DNA from: Candidatus Marinacidobacterales bacterium
GTDB lineage: Bacteria > Acidobacteriota > Vicinamibacteria > Marinacidobacterales > DATDRI01
DNA length: 64,000 nucleotides
NCBI GenBank assembly: GCA_965219415.1
Contig: OZ244742.1
Span: 1,312,001-1,376,000 of the forward strand
Direction: 5' to 3'
The notes below the pieces were generated by a model. That model did no database searches. It saw only the letters and a list, made by a program, of their open reading frames with translations, and was not told the DNA's origin. A program made the translations under genes and the position numbers. Positions 10,508 through 21,675 of the stretch are shown here, in pieces; the first letter of the stretch is position 1; every line of letters starts with the position of its first letter.

Positions 10508-12718
10508 ATGACTACCAAGAGATTTTCCGAGATTGTGTTTTTGCTGACGGCGCTTCTAGTTAGCGGCGCTGCAGCACCTTTGACGACTCCCACTTCACCT
10601 GGCGGTGACTGGACCGATTGGCGTGGCCCGGCGCGGGACGGCCGATCAGCGGAGAGCGGCCTCCCTACTCGTTGGACGCTCGACGGCGATAACCTCGTTT
10701 GGAAGCTTCCGTACGGAAGCCGATCGACTCCCATCGTGCTCGGTGACCGACTCTATCTTCAGAACGCCGCGGGTGAAGGCGACACGATGCAAGAGCGTGT
10801 CATGTGCTTCAACGCGAACACTGGAGAGCTGCTATGGGAGCACCGCTTCAACGTGTACCAAAGTGACGTCCCCCCGCATCGCGTGGGATGGGCCTCGCCG
10901 GTTGGCGATCCCAAGACAGGCAACGTGTTTGCGTATGGCGTCGGCGGAGTTTTGTTGTCGCTGAACCAAGAAGGTGAACTGCTGTGGAGCCGTCCGCTGG
11001 GCGAGGACTTCGGTTTGATAACCACCCATGGTGGTCGTACTGCATCTCCCGTCATCGAAGGGGAGCTCTTAATCGTGAGCGGGCTCAATTCGGGTTGGGG
11101 TAGCCAAGCGAGAGGCGCACAGAGATTCTTTGCCTTCGATAAGTCGACCGGGGAAACCATGTGGGTCAGCTCACCGGGCGGCCGCCCCTATGACACGACG
11201 TACTCCCCTCCCATCGGCGTGGACGTCAATGAAACCCGCTTGCTCATCGCGGGCGGCGGTGACGGCGCGGTGCACGCTTTGAAGCCACAAACCGGCGAGC
11301 CGGTCTGGAAGTACGAGTTCAGCAAGCGCGGCGTCAACTCAGGGACGGTGCTAAAAGGAACGACGGCCATCGTAAGCCACGGCGAGGAGAATCTGGCAAG
11401 CAGCGAGATGGGCTTCATCGCTGCAATCGATGCCGCCGCGACCGGCCAAATCGAGCAAAACCAAGTGAAATGGCAGGAGTTCGGATTCCTCGGCGGCTAC
11501 TCGTCTCCGGTCATCGATGGCGATCGTGTTTACCAAGTCGACAACGCGGCAAACCTCGTCGCCTTCGATATCGAGACCGGCAACCGACACTGGTCACTCA
11601 ACTTGGGAACCATCCAACGTGCTTCGCCGGTTCTCGCGGATGGAAAGCTTTACGTGGGTACGGTGAACGGCAAGTTCTATATCATCAAGCCCGGCGCCGA
11701 AAGCGCCGAGATCCTGAGCGAAGTCCAATTGGGAAGCCAGTCCGAAATAGAAGAAATCTTCGCGTCGGCCGCCATCTCGCGCGGCCGGGTCTACTTGGCG
11801 TCGAGTCGCGCCCTTTACTGCATCGGTGAAGGATCGAAATCAACCGGAGGCGAAGCAACTCCTGCCCCCCCCTTGCCGAAAGCGGGCTCACCGACTCATG
11901 TCCAGGTCGTTCCAACCGAATTGGTTTTGGCCCCTGGTGACACCGTTCAATTCCAGGCTCGGCTTTTCGACAAGCGCGGTCTCTTTGTCGGCGTCGAAAA
12001 CGCGAGTTGGTCTCTCGATGGCCTCCGGGGCACGATCGATACCGCCGGTACTTTCAGCGCCGGGGCTTTCGAATATGGACAGGCGGGACAGGTAAAGGCA
12101 GCAGTTGGCGGCATGGCTGGCGTAGCTCGCGTTCGCGTCATTCCCCCCTTACCTTGGAACGAAGATTTCGAAGCCATCCCGGTGGACAAGCTGCCGCGAC
12201 ATTGGATCAACGGCACCGGCAAATACCTTGTGCGCGAAGAAGACGGAAACAAGATCCTTGTCAAGCGGGCCGACAATCCGTTTCTAAAACGCGCCCGCGC
12301 GTACCTCGGGTCTTCCGATTGGTCCGACTATACCGTCGCCGTCGACGTGAGGTCTTCGGAAAGGCGACGCCAGATGGGCGATGCAGGCGTCATCGGCCAA
12401 CGATATGCGCTCGTACTCTTCGGCAACCACCAACGTTTAGAGCTTCACGCCTGGCAGCCGGAAACGAGCCGTAGCGTGCGTGCCCCGTTCACCTGGAAGC
12501 CGGACGTGTGGTACCGCGTCAAGCTCGAAGTTCAGAACCTGTCGGACGGAACGACGCGCGCGCGCGGAAAAGCCTGGCTCGCCACGACGCCGGAACCGGC
12601 CGAATGGACGGTGGAGCGGATCGATCCCATCCCCAATCGTGAAGGCAGCCCCGGGCTCTACGCCAACGCCATCAACGAAGTCTTCTTCGATAATCTCGAG
12701 GTTAAAGAAAATCCATGA
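10508..12718 (+). CDS. Secreted PQQ-like beta-propeller with C-terminal Ig-like and ConA/DUF1080-like domains
   Basis: DWTDWRGPARDG start, propeller blades, then beta-rich domains (SDYTVAVDV, WYRVKLEV, VFFDNLEV); start could be 10463. Confidence 0.8.
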   Translation: MTTKRFSEIVFLLTALLVSGAAAPLTTPTSPGGDWTDWRGPARDGRSAESGLPTRWTLDGDNLVWKLPYGSRSTPIVLGDRLYLQNAAGEGDTMQERVMCFNANTGELLWEHRFNVYQSDVPPHRVGWASPVGDPKTGNVFAYGVGGVLLSLNQEGELLWSRPLGEDFGLITTHGGRTASPVIEGELLIVSGLNSGWGSQARGAQRFFAFDKSTGETMWVSSPGGRPYDTTYSPPIGVDVNETRLLIAGGGDGAVHALKPQTGEPVWKYEFSKRGVNSGTVLKGTTAIVSHGEENLASSEMGFIAAIDAAATGQIEQNQVKWQEFGFLGGYSSPVIDGDRVYQVDNAANLVAFDIETGNRHWSLNLGTIQRASPVLADGKLYVGTVNGKFYIIKPGAESAEILSEVQLGSQSEIEEIFASAAISRGRVYLASSRALYCIGEGSKSTGGEATPAPPLPKAGSPTHVQVVPTELVLAPGDTVQFQARLFDKRGLFVGVENASWSLDGLRGTIDTAGTFSAGAFEYGQAGQVKAAVGGMAGVARVRVIPPLPWNEDFEAIPVDKLPRHWINGTGKYLVREEDGNKILVKRADNPFLKRARAYLGSSDWSDYTVAVDVRSSERRRQMGDAGVIGQRYALVLFGNHQRLELHAWQPETSRSVRAPFTWKPDVWYRVKLEVQNLSDGTTRARGKAWLATTPEPAEWTVERIDPIPNREGSPGLYANAINEVFFDNLEVKENP

Positions 12719-14178
12719 CCCGCAAAGTGAAATCGCCCCGATTGCTTCTACTGAGGAGCCTGCTCATCCCCTCGCTGTTCATCGTCCTCGTCGGCATTGC
12801 CTCGACACGTCCGGCGTCGGACACCGCCGGTGATTGGCCGATGTGGGGAGGCACTCCGGACCGCAACATGATCTCCTCCATGACCGGTCTTCCCGAAACG
12901 TGGGACGTGGAGGAGAAGAAGAACGTCCGTTGGGTGGCCGCCCTGGGCTCGCAGACTTACGGCAATCCGGTGGTTGCCGGCGGCAAAGTGTTCGTGGGTA
13001 CTAATAATGAAGGGCTCTACGATCCCGAGAGGGCGGGAGACGCGGGGATCTTGGTGGTCTTCCGCGAATCCGACGGCGAATTTCTTTGGCAAGCGTTCTC
13101 CGAAAAGCTCGCCTCCGGTCGCGTGAATGACTGGCCGTACCAAGGAATCTGCAGCTCGCCACTCGTCGAGGGCGACCGTCTCTACTACGTGACCAGCCGT
13201 GGTGAAGTGGCGGCCCTCGACACCGAGGGTTTCCTAGACGGTGAGAACGATGGCCCGTTCGAAGCGGAGGAACGTACCAGCGAAAATGACGCCGATGTCG
13301 TCTGGGTCTTCGACATGATGGAGGAGGTTGGGACCTTCCAGCACAACATGGCCAACTCTTCACCGGTGGCCTACGGCGATCTCATCTACGTCAGTACTTC
13401 GAACGGACAAGACGAGAGTCACGTTAACATCCCCTCCCCGCGCGCACCGGCCATCATCGCGCTCAACAAGAACACCGGAGAGTTGGTTTGGGAAGATAAC
13501 TCGGTCGAAGACCGAGTCCTCCACGGACAGTGGTCCTCCGCCTCGGTGGGCGAGCTGGGTGGCGTTGTTCAAGTGGTGATGGGTCAGGGCGACGGCTGGG
13601 TGAGAGGCTACGAGGCGCTCAACGGCAAAAAGCTTTGGGAATTCAATACCAATCCTGAAGATTCCAAGTGGCCACGAACGCGGAACAACATCATTAGTAC
13701 GCCCGTGCTCTACAACAACCACGTCTTCATCGGCAACGGACAGGATCCGGAGCACGGCGAAGGTGTCGGCCATTTTTACGCGATCGATCCCACAAAAAGA
13801 GGCGATATCACCGACACCGGGCGGGTATGGCACTACGACAAGATCCGCCGCACCATCTCGACCGCCGCTATCCATGACGGCTTGATTTACATCCCCGACT
13901 TCAGCGGCTTTCTTCACGCCCTCGACATCGAGACCGGGGAGCCGGTATGGGTGCACGACACGTTCGCCGCGGTCTGGTCCTCCCCGCTCATCGCGGACGG
14001 CAAGTTGTACCTAGGCGACGAAGATGGCGACGTCGTGTTGTTGAAGCCGGGGAGAGAAGAGGTGGTTCTTCAGGAGATGAACCTCGGGAGCTCGGTTTAC
14101 TCTTCCGTGGTTCCTGCCAACGGTTCGCTCTACATTGCCAGCCGCAACAAACTGTTCGCCCTAGCCAGGCAACCCTAA
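12715..14178 (+). CDS. Secreted PQQ-like beta-propeller protein
   Basis: DWPMWGGTPDRN start, propeller blades; ATGA overlap with upstream gene. Confidence 0.85.
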   Translation: MTRKVKSPRLLLLRSLLIPSLFIVLVGIASTRPASDTAGDWPMWGGTPDRNMISSMTGLPETWDVEEKKNVRWVAALGSQTYGNPVVAGGKVFVGTNNEGLYDPERAGDAGILVVFRESDGEFLWQAFSEKLASGRVNDWPYQGICSSPLVEGDRLYYVTSRGEVAALDTEGFLDGENDGPFEAEERTSENDADVVWVFDMMEEVGTFQHNMANSSPVAYGDLIYVSTSNGQDESHVNIPSPRAPAIIALNKNTGELVWEDNSVEDRVLHGQWSSASVGELGGVVQVVMGQGDGWVRGYEALNGKKLWEFNTNPEDSKWPRTRNNIISTPVLYNNHVFIGNGQDPEHGEGVGHFYAIDPTKRGDITDTGRVWHYDKIRRTISTAAIHDGLIYIPDFSGFLHALDIETGEPVWVHDTFAAVWSSPLIADGKLYLGDEDGDVVLLKPGREEVVLQEMNLGSSVYSSVVPANGSLYIASRNKLFALARQP

Positions 14179-14214
14179 ATGGCCTGGCTAGCCCTGAACG
14201 GGCTAACTGGCTGA

Positions 14215-15351
14215 ATGACCGCAATGGAGCCTTTCGACTACCGGCCCCAAACCCGCGTGGTTTTCCGTAGAGGGGCGCTCTCGAGTTTGGGCGCGCTTGC
14301 CCAAGAGCTGGGATTTCGTCGCACCCTCATCGTGTCCGATCTCGGGGTGGTTCGCTCGGGCCATTTCGAATCCGCGAGCAAAGAGATACGCGACGTTGGG
14401 ATCGAGGTGTTCGGATTTCACGACTTCGGTGAGGATCCCGACACAAGCATGGTCGAATCGGGGCGTGACGTAGCCGCAACGAACAAGATCGACTCTTTGG
14501 TCGGGCTCGGTGGCGGCAGCTCGATGGACTGCGCCAAGGGTATCAACTTCCTGCTAACCAACGGCGGCACCATGAAAGACTATTGGGGTATCGGGAAAGC
14601 CTCGAAACGCATGCTTCCGTCGATCGGCGTCCCCACAACGGCTGGAACCGGCAGCGAGGCGCAGTCCTTTGCGCTTATCTCCGACGCGGAGTCTCATGCC
14701 AAGATGGCGTGCGGGGATCCAAAAGCCGCGTTCCGCGTCGCGCTTCTCGACCCTGAGCTCACCGTGTCGCAACCGAAGCAAGTGACCGCCGCCACTGGTT
14801 TCGATGCCATCGCGCACGCCGTCGAAACTTACGTCACCCGGAAGCGCAGCCGCCTCTCCGACATGTTCTCCCGTGAGGCGTGGCGCCTGCTGGACGCGAA
14901 CTATGAACGCTCTCTCTCCCAATCGGACGACATCGAGGCCCGCGCCGCCATGCAGCTCGGCGCCTATTACGCGGGCGTCGCGATCGAAAACTCGATGCTG
15001 GGTGCAACGCACGCCTGTGCTAATCCACTGACCGCGCACTATGGAACGACGCACGGTGTGGCGCTTGCCATGCTCTTACCGCAGGTGGTCCGCTGGAATG
15101 CACAGGTCGCGGGCCTCCGTTACGCGGAGCTCGTGGGATCGAACAAGGCTGATGCCGGCGAGAAACTGGCCAAGAGACTCGAACAACTAGCTGCCGCGGG
15201 CGATTTGTCGACCCGCCTGGGCACGGTTGGGGTGCCGGAGACCGACCTGAAGATGCTCGCCGATGAAGCAGCCCTCCAATGGACCGGCAGCTTCAACCCA
15301 CGCGCCTTCGATGCCGCAGGAGCCTTGGAGGTCTATCGTTGGGCGTATTGA
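14215..15351 (+). CDS. Iron-containing (type III) alcohol dehydrogenase
   Basis: GLGGGSSMDCAK, PTTAGTGSE, GFDAIAHAVE, H..HG metal ligands. Confidence 0.93.
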   Translation: MTAMEPFDYRPQTRVVFRRGALSSLGALAQELGFRRTLIVSDLGVVRSGHFESASKEIRDVGIEVFGFHDFGEDPDTSMVESGRDVAATNKIDSLVGLGGGSSMDCAKGINFLLTNGGTMKDYWGIGKASKRMLPSIGVPTTAGTGSEAQSFALISDAESHAKMACGDPKAAFRVALLDPELTVSQPKQVTAATGFDAIAHAVETYVTRKRSRLSDMFSREAWRLLDANYERSLSQSDDIEARAAMQLGAYYAGVAIENSMLGATHACANPLTAHYGTTHGVALAMLLPQVVRWNAQVAGLRYAELVGSNKADAGEKLAKRLEQLAAAGDLSTRLGTVGVPETDLKMLADEAALQWTGSFNPRAFDAAGALEVYRWAY

Positions 15352-16472
15352 TCTCCCTGCTCCTAGGCATTGGCGCCTCCGGCGTGACGTCCATCGCGCA
15401 AGCAAACCAGGAAAGCTGGAGTCAATTCCGCGGAAGTCCGGGACTCGTCGGTATTTCGCACTCTAAGCTTCCGGAGGCCTTGGAACTCCTTTGGACCTAT
15501 GAAGGCGAAGACTCGATTGACTCCTCGGCAGCTATCGTGGACGGCGTCGTATACGTCGGCACGTTTTCCGGAGACTTGCTGGCCATCTCTTTGCGAGACG
15601 GATCCCTTCGATGGAAATACTCGACTGGGGAAGAAGGAATCGGCGAGTCCTCCCCCGCAGTCTCGAACGGTACCGTCTACGTTGGCGATTTGGCAGGTGT
15701 CGTACACGCTGTTGATGCCGTCAACGGCAAACCGGTTTGGACCTTCCAAACGCTCGGTGAGATCAAATCGTCGCCGGTCATCATCGAAGAAAAGCTGCTC
15801 ATCGGCTCGTACGACGAACATGTGTACTGCCTTTCCGCCAAGACCGGCGAGTTGCTGTGGAAGCTCAGGAGCAACGGGTTCATACACGGCACGCCGGCCA
15901 CCAGCAAAGGGCTAACCTACGTGACAGGCTGTGATTCCATGCTGCGCGCCGTCCGCATCACCGATGGCAAGGAGATGCATCAGATCGACTCCGGCTCTTA
16001 CACCGCCGCATCCCCCGCTCTCGTTGATGGCTTCGCCTACTACGGGACGTTCGACGACCAAGTGCTCGCGGTAGACCTCGCCAAGTTGGAGATCGCTTGG
16101 CGCTACGAGCATCCGGTCCGCCACTTCCCTTTTTACTCTTCGGCCGCGGTGTTCGACGGCCGTGTCGTCTTGGGTGGGCGGGACAAGATGGTGCACTGCC
16201 TCGACGCCCGCTCCGGAGAAGCGTTGTGGACCTTCCGTACCGGCGCTCGAGTGGATTCTTCACCCGTGGTGACGAGTGGCCGGGTCTACGTTGGATCGAA
16301 CGACGGACGCCTCTATGTGTTGAGCCTCGCGACCGGCGAGAAACTCTGGGAGTTCGACGCGGGTGCTCCCTTAACGGCTTCACCGGCGGTAGCCGAGGGG
16401 CGTTTGGTGATAGGCTCCCAGGACGGGGTACTTTATTGCTTTGGTTCGGCCACTGAAAAGACAAAAGAGTAA
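15279..16472 (+). CDS. Secreted PQQ-like/BamB-like beta-propeller (true start probably near 15340)
   Basis: WSQFRG start, regular SSP-x-VYVG-x-DG blades. Confidence 0.85.
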   Translation: MDRQLQPTRLRCRRSLGGLSLGVLISLLLGIGASGVTSIAQANQESWSQFRGSPGLVGISHSKLPEALELLWTYEGEDSIDSSAAIVDGVVYVGTFSGDLLAISLRDGSLRWKYSTGEEGIGESSPAVSNGTVYVGDLAGVVHAVDAVNGKPVWTFQTLGEIKSSPVIIEEKLLIGSYDEHVYCLSAKTGELLWKLRSNGFIHGTPATSKGLTYVTGCDSMLRAVRITDGKEMHQIDSGSYTAASPALVDGFAYYGTFDDQVLAVDLAKLEIAWRYEHPVRHFPFYSSAAVFDGRVVLGGRDKMVHCLDARSGEALWTFRTGARVDSSPVVTSGRVYVGSNDGRLYVLSLATGEKLWEFDAGAPLTASPAVAEGRLVIGSQDGVLYCFGSATEKTKE

Positions 16473-16496
16473 TTCATTGATTGGAGCTTATCTCAA

Positions 16497-16946
16497 ATGC
16501 AATGGTTAACATGGGTCATAGGGGCGGTTTTGGCCTGGGGGATGTATGGCGTCGCTTTGCACCGGGGGCAGGTGCTCCTCGGCAACCCGATGCGCGCCCT
16601 ACTTTGTGTCGGGTTCGCGTACTTCCTCATCGGGATTCTGGTGCCGGTGGTGGCTCTTTCCTATGAAGGCGGGCTCGGCGGATTCAACTGGAACGGCTCC
16701 GCCTTCGCAACGCTCGGGGGAGCATTGGGCGCGGTAGGCGCCGCGTTCATCATCTGGGCTTTCAAGGCAGGGGGACTCCCCACCTATGTCATGCCCCTGG
16801 TCTTCGCCGGCGCGCCGCTGGTCAACGTCATCGTCTCGATGGTGGTACATCCACCCAAGACCGCACCAAGTCCTCTGCTCTACCTTGGCTTCGTTCTCGC
16901 CGCCGCGGGCGCGGGGATGGTGCTGTACTTCCGGCCCGCGTCTTGA
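16497..16946 (+). CDS. Small multi-TM membrane protein (DMT/EamA-like)
   Basis: 149 aa, about five hydrophobic helices, WGMYG and VMPLVFAGAP motifs. Confidence 0.7.
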   Translation: MQWLTWVIGAVLAWGMYGVALHRGQVLLGNPMRALLCVGFAYFLIGILVPVVALSYEGGLGGFNWNGSAFATLGGALGAVGAAFIIWAFKAGGLPTYVMPLVFAGAPLVNVIVSMVVHPPKTAPSPLLYLGFVLAAAGAGMVLYFRPAS

Positions 16947-16979
16947 CGTAGGCGGCCGTAGGCCTGGGAGAAAGGCTGA

Positions 16980-17351
16980 ATGAAATCGGTCGTGTTGGGC
17001 GTAGCGCTAGCCCTGGCCACGATCGGCTTTTCTCGTCTTCTGCCTAGACCGCAAACTCGTCGTCCCTTCGCAGTTCTTCTTGGGGCCGCCGCCGGCGTCT
17101 ATGTCGGCGACGCTTTGTCAACTGGAGGCATGCTCTTGGCGATTCAGACCGCCGCTTTCGCAGCCTTCGTTATCTTGGCGATGCTGAGGGCGCCATGGGT
17201 GCTCGGTGCGGCCTGGATGCTTCACGGGGGCTGGGACCTGCTTCATTTACGCGAAGCGATCCCGACCACCTTGCCAGTGTCTTATCAACTGGCCTGCCTC
17301 GCCGCCGATCTTGTTTGGGGAGCGTTTCTGCTGCGCTTATCGACACAATAA
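16980..17351 (+). CDS. Membrane protein (DUF6010-like)
   Basis: AAGVYVG, WMLHGGWDLLH, CLAADL pattern. Confidence 0.6.
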   Translation: MKSVVLGVALALATIGFSRLLPRPQTRRPFAVLLGAAAGVYVGDALSTGGMLLAIQTAAFAAFVILAMLRAPWVLGAAWMLHGGWDLLHLREAIPTTLPVSYQLACLAADLVWGAFLLRLSTQ

Positions 17352-17362
17352 TAGGAGTGACT

Positions 17363-17803
17363 ATGGTGTCCTTGATCGCTCAATCGTTGATTGCGGTTCT
17401 AATACAGAACCCCAGCGAGGCGGAAGTCCTCGCCCGAGTTGTGGAGTTTGGCGAGGCCTTCGTGGCAGCAGACGTCGAGGGGCTCGGCGAAATGCTAACC
17501 GACGACTACGTCCACTCGGGCCCGACGGGTAGCGTCCGGACTAAACAAGAGTGGCTGCGCTGGATCACTACCCGGCGGGAGGCCATCGACTCGGGAGCCT
17601 TTCGCATGGACACTTACGAGAACGATCAGCTCCTCGTTCGTATTCATGGAGACACCGCTATCGTGAGCGGGCGCAATAGCGCCACTGGCATAAGGGACGG
17701 CCAGCCTTTCAGTTGGCGGATTCGCTTCACCAATGTGTGGGTGAAGCAAGAGGGGCAGTGGCGACGCGCCGCCTTTCATGACAGCCGCATCACGGCGCCC
17801 TAA
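17363..17803 (+). CDS. NTF2-like/DUF4440 protein
   Basis: RBS AGGAG; VRIHGDTAIVSG and FTNVWVKQEGQWR motifs. Confidence 0.8.
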   Translation: MVSLIAQSLIAVLIQNPSEAEVLARVVEFGEAFVAADVEGLGEMLTDDYVHSGPTGSVRTKQEWLRWITTRREAIDSGAFRMDTYENDQLLVRIHGDTAIVSGRNSATGIRDGQPFSWRIRFTNVWVKQEGQWRRAAFHDSRITAP

Positions 17804-17832
17804 ACGGTAAGGTGTTCCCGTCGCCGGCTTCG

Positions 17833-19131
17833 TTATCGTCCTGTTGTTGGAGAAGTAGTAGTGCCCTCCCCTGCACGGTTGCCAATGCAATAGAGATACT
17901 CGCCAGTGCGGATGAAGATCTGGCCGTCCGAGATGGCCGGCGAGCTCAGACAGTAATCGTCGAGTGAGTTCTCAGCCAAAATTTCGAACTCCGGACCCGC
18001 CTTCACCACCGTCGTCACCGCATCTTCGTTGGTAACGTAGATCCTGCCATCCGCCAGCACTGCGGAAGAGCTGTAGGTGCCAGGTGCGACACGCTCTTGT
18101 CCCCAGATTTCCTCGCCGGTCTCGGCATCGAGGCACCACATCACACCCTTGTCGTTCACGATATAGAGATACTTGCCATCGGTGACGGGAGTCGGGACGT
18201 CTGGCCCATGCTCGGTAGACCAAACACGGTGAGACTCGGTGACATCCCCGCGTCCGCCAGCTCTAATGGCGAGAAGAGGGGAAACGCGGGAAGGTGCATA
18301 AATGATGTCGTCGTTTATCACCGGCGATGCCACAATACGATAGTAGGGCTCGTTGGCCGGATTCAAACCATTGACTCGCCACAGCTCCTCGCCGGTTTCG
18401 GGATCGTGCCCGGTCACGCAGTCGCCACCAGTAATGACGAGCTCGGTCTCGCTGCCGTACCTAAGTAGGCCCGGTGTCGTGTAGGAATCCGGTGATTCAC
18501 GTATCGCATCCGTCGGACGTTCGACTCGCCACAGCGTTTCTCCTGTCATCTTGTCGATCCGCAGCACATAGGAGGGATCGTCGGTCTTCATACCGTGTAA
18601 GACCTGAACGTATAAGGCGTCGCCGTGCAATAGCGGTGAAGAGGCATAGCCCCAGTTGAGCCCGAACGTTCCGTAGTCTTTTTGGATGTCGCGCGCCCAT
18701 ACCTCCTTGCCGGCGAAGTCGAAGCCTTTCAGAATTCCAGTCCCGGTCATGACCCAAACGTGATTGCCGTCGGTCACCGGCGAAGGGGACGACATGTTTT
18801 GCTTTCGTTGTTTTCGATCCCCATCACTCAAAAACCGTTTCCATAGAACGCTTCCTTCGGCCCGATCGACCGACCAAAGATACAAATTCCCGCCGTCCGC
18901 GACGTTGAGGAAGATCCGATCTCCCCAAATGATGGGCGTCGAACCGCTCCAGGCGGGCATCGGGAGCTTCCACGTGACGTTCTCGCTAGTACTCCAACGA
19001 ACCGGGAGGTCGCTCTCCTGGCTCACACCGTCCAGCGATGGCCCTCGCCACTGTGGCCAATTGTCGGCCAGCGCCTGCGTCACGACGAACGAAACGATAA
19101 AGACCAAGATGAGAGTAAAGCTGTTGCGCAC
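17833..19131 (-). CDS. Secreted PQQ-like beta-propeller protein
   Basis: Signal peptide, DNWPQWRGP start, [15 protein letters not shown] end. Confidence 0.88.
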   Translation of the reverse strand: MRNSFTLILVFIVSFVVTQALADNWPQWRGPSLDGVSQESDLPVRWSTSENVTWKLPMPAWSGSTPIIWGDRIFLNVADGGNLYLWSVDRAEGSVLWKRFLSDGDRKQRKQNMSSPSPVTDGNHVWVMTGTGILKGFDFAGKEVWARDIQKDYGTFGLNWGYASSPLLHGDALYVQVLHGMKTDDPSYVLRIDKMTGETLWRVERPTDAIRESPDSYTTPGLLRYGSETELVITGGDCVTGHDPETGEELWRVNGLNPANEPYYRIVASPVINDDIIYAPSRVSPLLAIRAGGRGDVTESHRVWSTEHGPDVPTPVTDGKYLYIVNDKGVMWCLDAETGEEIWGQERVAPGTYSSSAVLADGRIYVTNEDAVTTVVKAGPEFEILAENSLDDYCLSSPAISDGQIFIRTGEYLYCIGNRAGEGTTTSPTTGR

Positions 19132-19162
19132 GACTTTCCTCCTCGCTCCCTAGGTGTTCGCG

Positions 19163-20429
19163 TTACTCACTCAAATCTAATGCCACTATGTTCTTTCGAT
19201 CCCGAACGTAAAGTTTAGTTCCTACCAGCGTCGGCGGCGTCCACGCGTTCTCAGTCAACAGCTCCGTCCGAGCATGGACTTGCAAACCCTGTTGCGTCGG
19301 CGTGGCGAGCGCCAGATCTCCATTTTCGTCGACGATCACCAGCATGCCGTCGGCATACACCATCTGCGAGCGGGCGAAGCTTCGCTCCCGCCAAGCTTCC
19401 TTGCCGCTCTCGACGTCGAGCGCGGTGAAAAATGCCCGGCCCGAAGTCGCCGCTGGTACCGAGAACCAAGTCTCCGACGCGGATGGCGTTACCAAAATGC
19501 AGTCGCATACGATTATTGAACCAGAGCTCTTCGGCCGTGGTCTCGCCGCCCTCATGCGTCAAGCGGATGACGCGGTTTCCGCCGTTATAGGCGGAAGAGA
19601 AGAATAAGAGATTGCCTTTACCCCAAACCGGCGTGCTGATGTTGAGGCCGTGGTTCGTTTCGTGCGGGTGATTCCACAGTGAATCGCCGTTGCGAGGATC
19701 GAGCCCCACGATGGCCTGGGGAGCAAAAACGACCAACTGATCCTCACCGTCGACGTTGATCACGATGGGCGAAGCGGGCGCCAGTTCGAAATCTTGTCGC
19801 TTCCACGCGACGACACTGGTTACCTGATCGAAAGCGACGACCGCGTGCCCGCGCCCTCCTACCGGCAGGATCACGTTGCCACCGTAGGCTAGAGGGCTCG
19901 ACGCATATCCGCGATAACCCGACATTTCGAATTCTCGATCGAGATCATGGGACCATGAGACCTCGCCGGTCTCCTTGTCGAGCGCACGGAACGCGCCGGT
20001 GACTCCGACGGTATACAACCGACCTCCCAAGAGTAGCGGTGTGGCGTAAGGACCGGGACCGGCATGATTCGACCACGTGCCGTAGTCCATGTCCTCCAGA
20101 AGGGGTGCAGGGTATCGATGCTCCCAGCGGGTTTCTCCGGAGCTCGCCGCGAGGGCAACCACGATCTCATCCGGCTCCTCCCGATACATCGTGTACAGCG
20201 TGGCTTCGTCCGCGACAACCGTGGAGTACCCTTCCCCGAGTGGACGGCTCCACAACCCCCTAGGGCCGGTGGCCGGCCAGGAGGTCGCGAGTCCGGTGGA
20301 GCTCGAATGAAAGTTGCGGTCCGGACCTCCCCACTGGCGCCATGCCGACGACCGTTCATCGGCCCCTCCAAAAGCAAGTAGCGCACACAAGAGGATCGGC
20401 CCGCTGGCCACTAGGGTTAGTTTCCGCAT
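19163..20429 (-). CDS. Secreted PQQ-like beta-propeller (frameshift near 19436)
   Basis: WRQWGGPDRN start; removing one G gives FGPAFFTALD..., joining ORF 19163-19555 (WTPPTLVGTKLYVRD). Confidence 0.8.
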
Positions 20430-20502
20430 CCGTCATCGCCCCGCTTGGGACGACTACCGTACAACAATCCGTCGGTTCAATTCCACCGAAGACGAGCGCG
20501 GT

Positions 20503-21653
20503 CTAAGGTACGGGCTTGCTGAGCCTGCTGAAAATGCTGAGGGCGTCGAGCGTCTCTTTGTTCAAGGGGTCTATGACCTTGAGGTCCAAACGCCTAGGGG
20601 TCGCGGTCATGAGGACGACGTTATGCCGAGAGATCGATTGCTCAATGTAAGGCCATGGGAACACTCGGATCGTATCCAAGTCCCCGCCGGCTCCTCCGGT
20701 CACAAGGTAATGCGTATCGCCGCCGTCGGTCCTCGCCCGGCTTCCGTACTCGTAGCCGTGCGTGTGACCCGAGATCACGAGGTCGGCTCGGTTGGACTCG
20801 AACATCGGAACCAAAGTGGCTCGCGCTGCCGCCTCGCCATCGTACTTGCGGCTGAGCCACAGTGCGGTGAATGGAGGTTTGTGTAGACTCACGATCCGAA
20901 ACGGGGCTCGCCGCCAAACCTCCCCAGCCATTTCCGTTTCCAGCCACTCGTGCTGCGGCGATCCGGGGACGTAGTCGACATTGGTGTCGAGAACGACGAT
21001 CCTCAACGGCCCGTACGTCCGAGCGTACCACTGGCTGTTGTTCGGCATCGGCAGCATGTCGTGGGCGAGCCGAGATTCTCCGTCATGGTTCCCGCGTACG
21101 GGGAACCACGGAATTGTGCGCCAAAGTACACGGCCAGGCTCGTAGAGGTGCTCCGCCCAGTGCTCAGGCAGCTTGCCGTCGCCGACCAAGTCTCCGGCCG
21201 ATATCAGCGCGTCGGGAGCAAGCTCCTCTATCAACGGAACCGTGAACTTCCCAAAGATTCGGGCACCCTCTTGGTTGTCGGCGAACAACAGGAGCCTCAC
21301 GGGTCCCTCCACCCTTGGAGTGCGAAACGAGTAGACCTCGCTCGGCGTCGAGGCGGATACGACACGATAGTGGTAAGTGGTGGCCGGTAACAGTCCGCTG
21401 AGAGTGACGTTGGGATACCGGGTCGGGTCTTGAGCTCGGCGACCGAACCGAGGGCATCGTTTGTACCGTACTCGACGCGATGGAGTTCCACTTCGAGGCT
21501 CGTCTGCCACCAAACGCTGACGGACCGATCGCTGGGGGCGGTGAGCGAGGGGCCGAGCAAGATGTTCGGCTCGACACTTACAGAAGGATCTGCTCGGTCG
21601 CTCTCTGGGCCGGAACCTATCAGGAAGATAAGAACCAGTAAGGCCCTTTTCAT
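20503..21653 (-). CDS. Secreted purple-acid-phosphatase-like metallophosphoesterase with FN3-like N-terminus (frameshift near 21430)
   Basis: FADNQ, AGDLV, RGNHD, SGHTHGYE, TGGAGG motifs; signal peptide in ORF 21297-21653. Confidence 0.82.
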
Positions 21654-21675
21654 GCGGGAGGGTTAGTGCCCTGTA

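Noticed and set aside
2786-20429. True PQQ-dependent dehydrogenases
   Set aside because: Only generic propeller blades were recognised and no pqq biosynthesis genes are in the window
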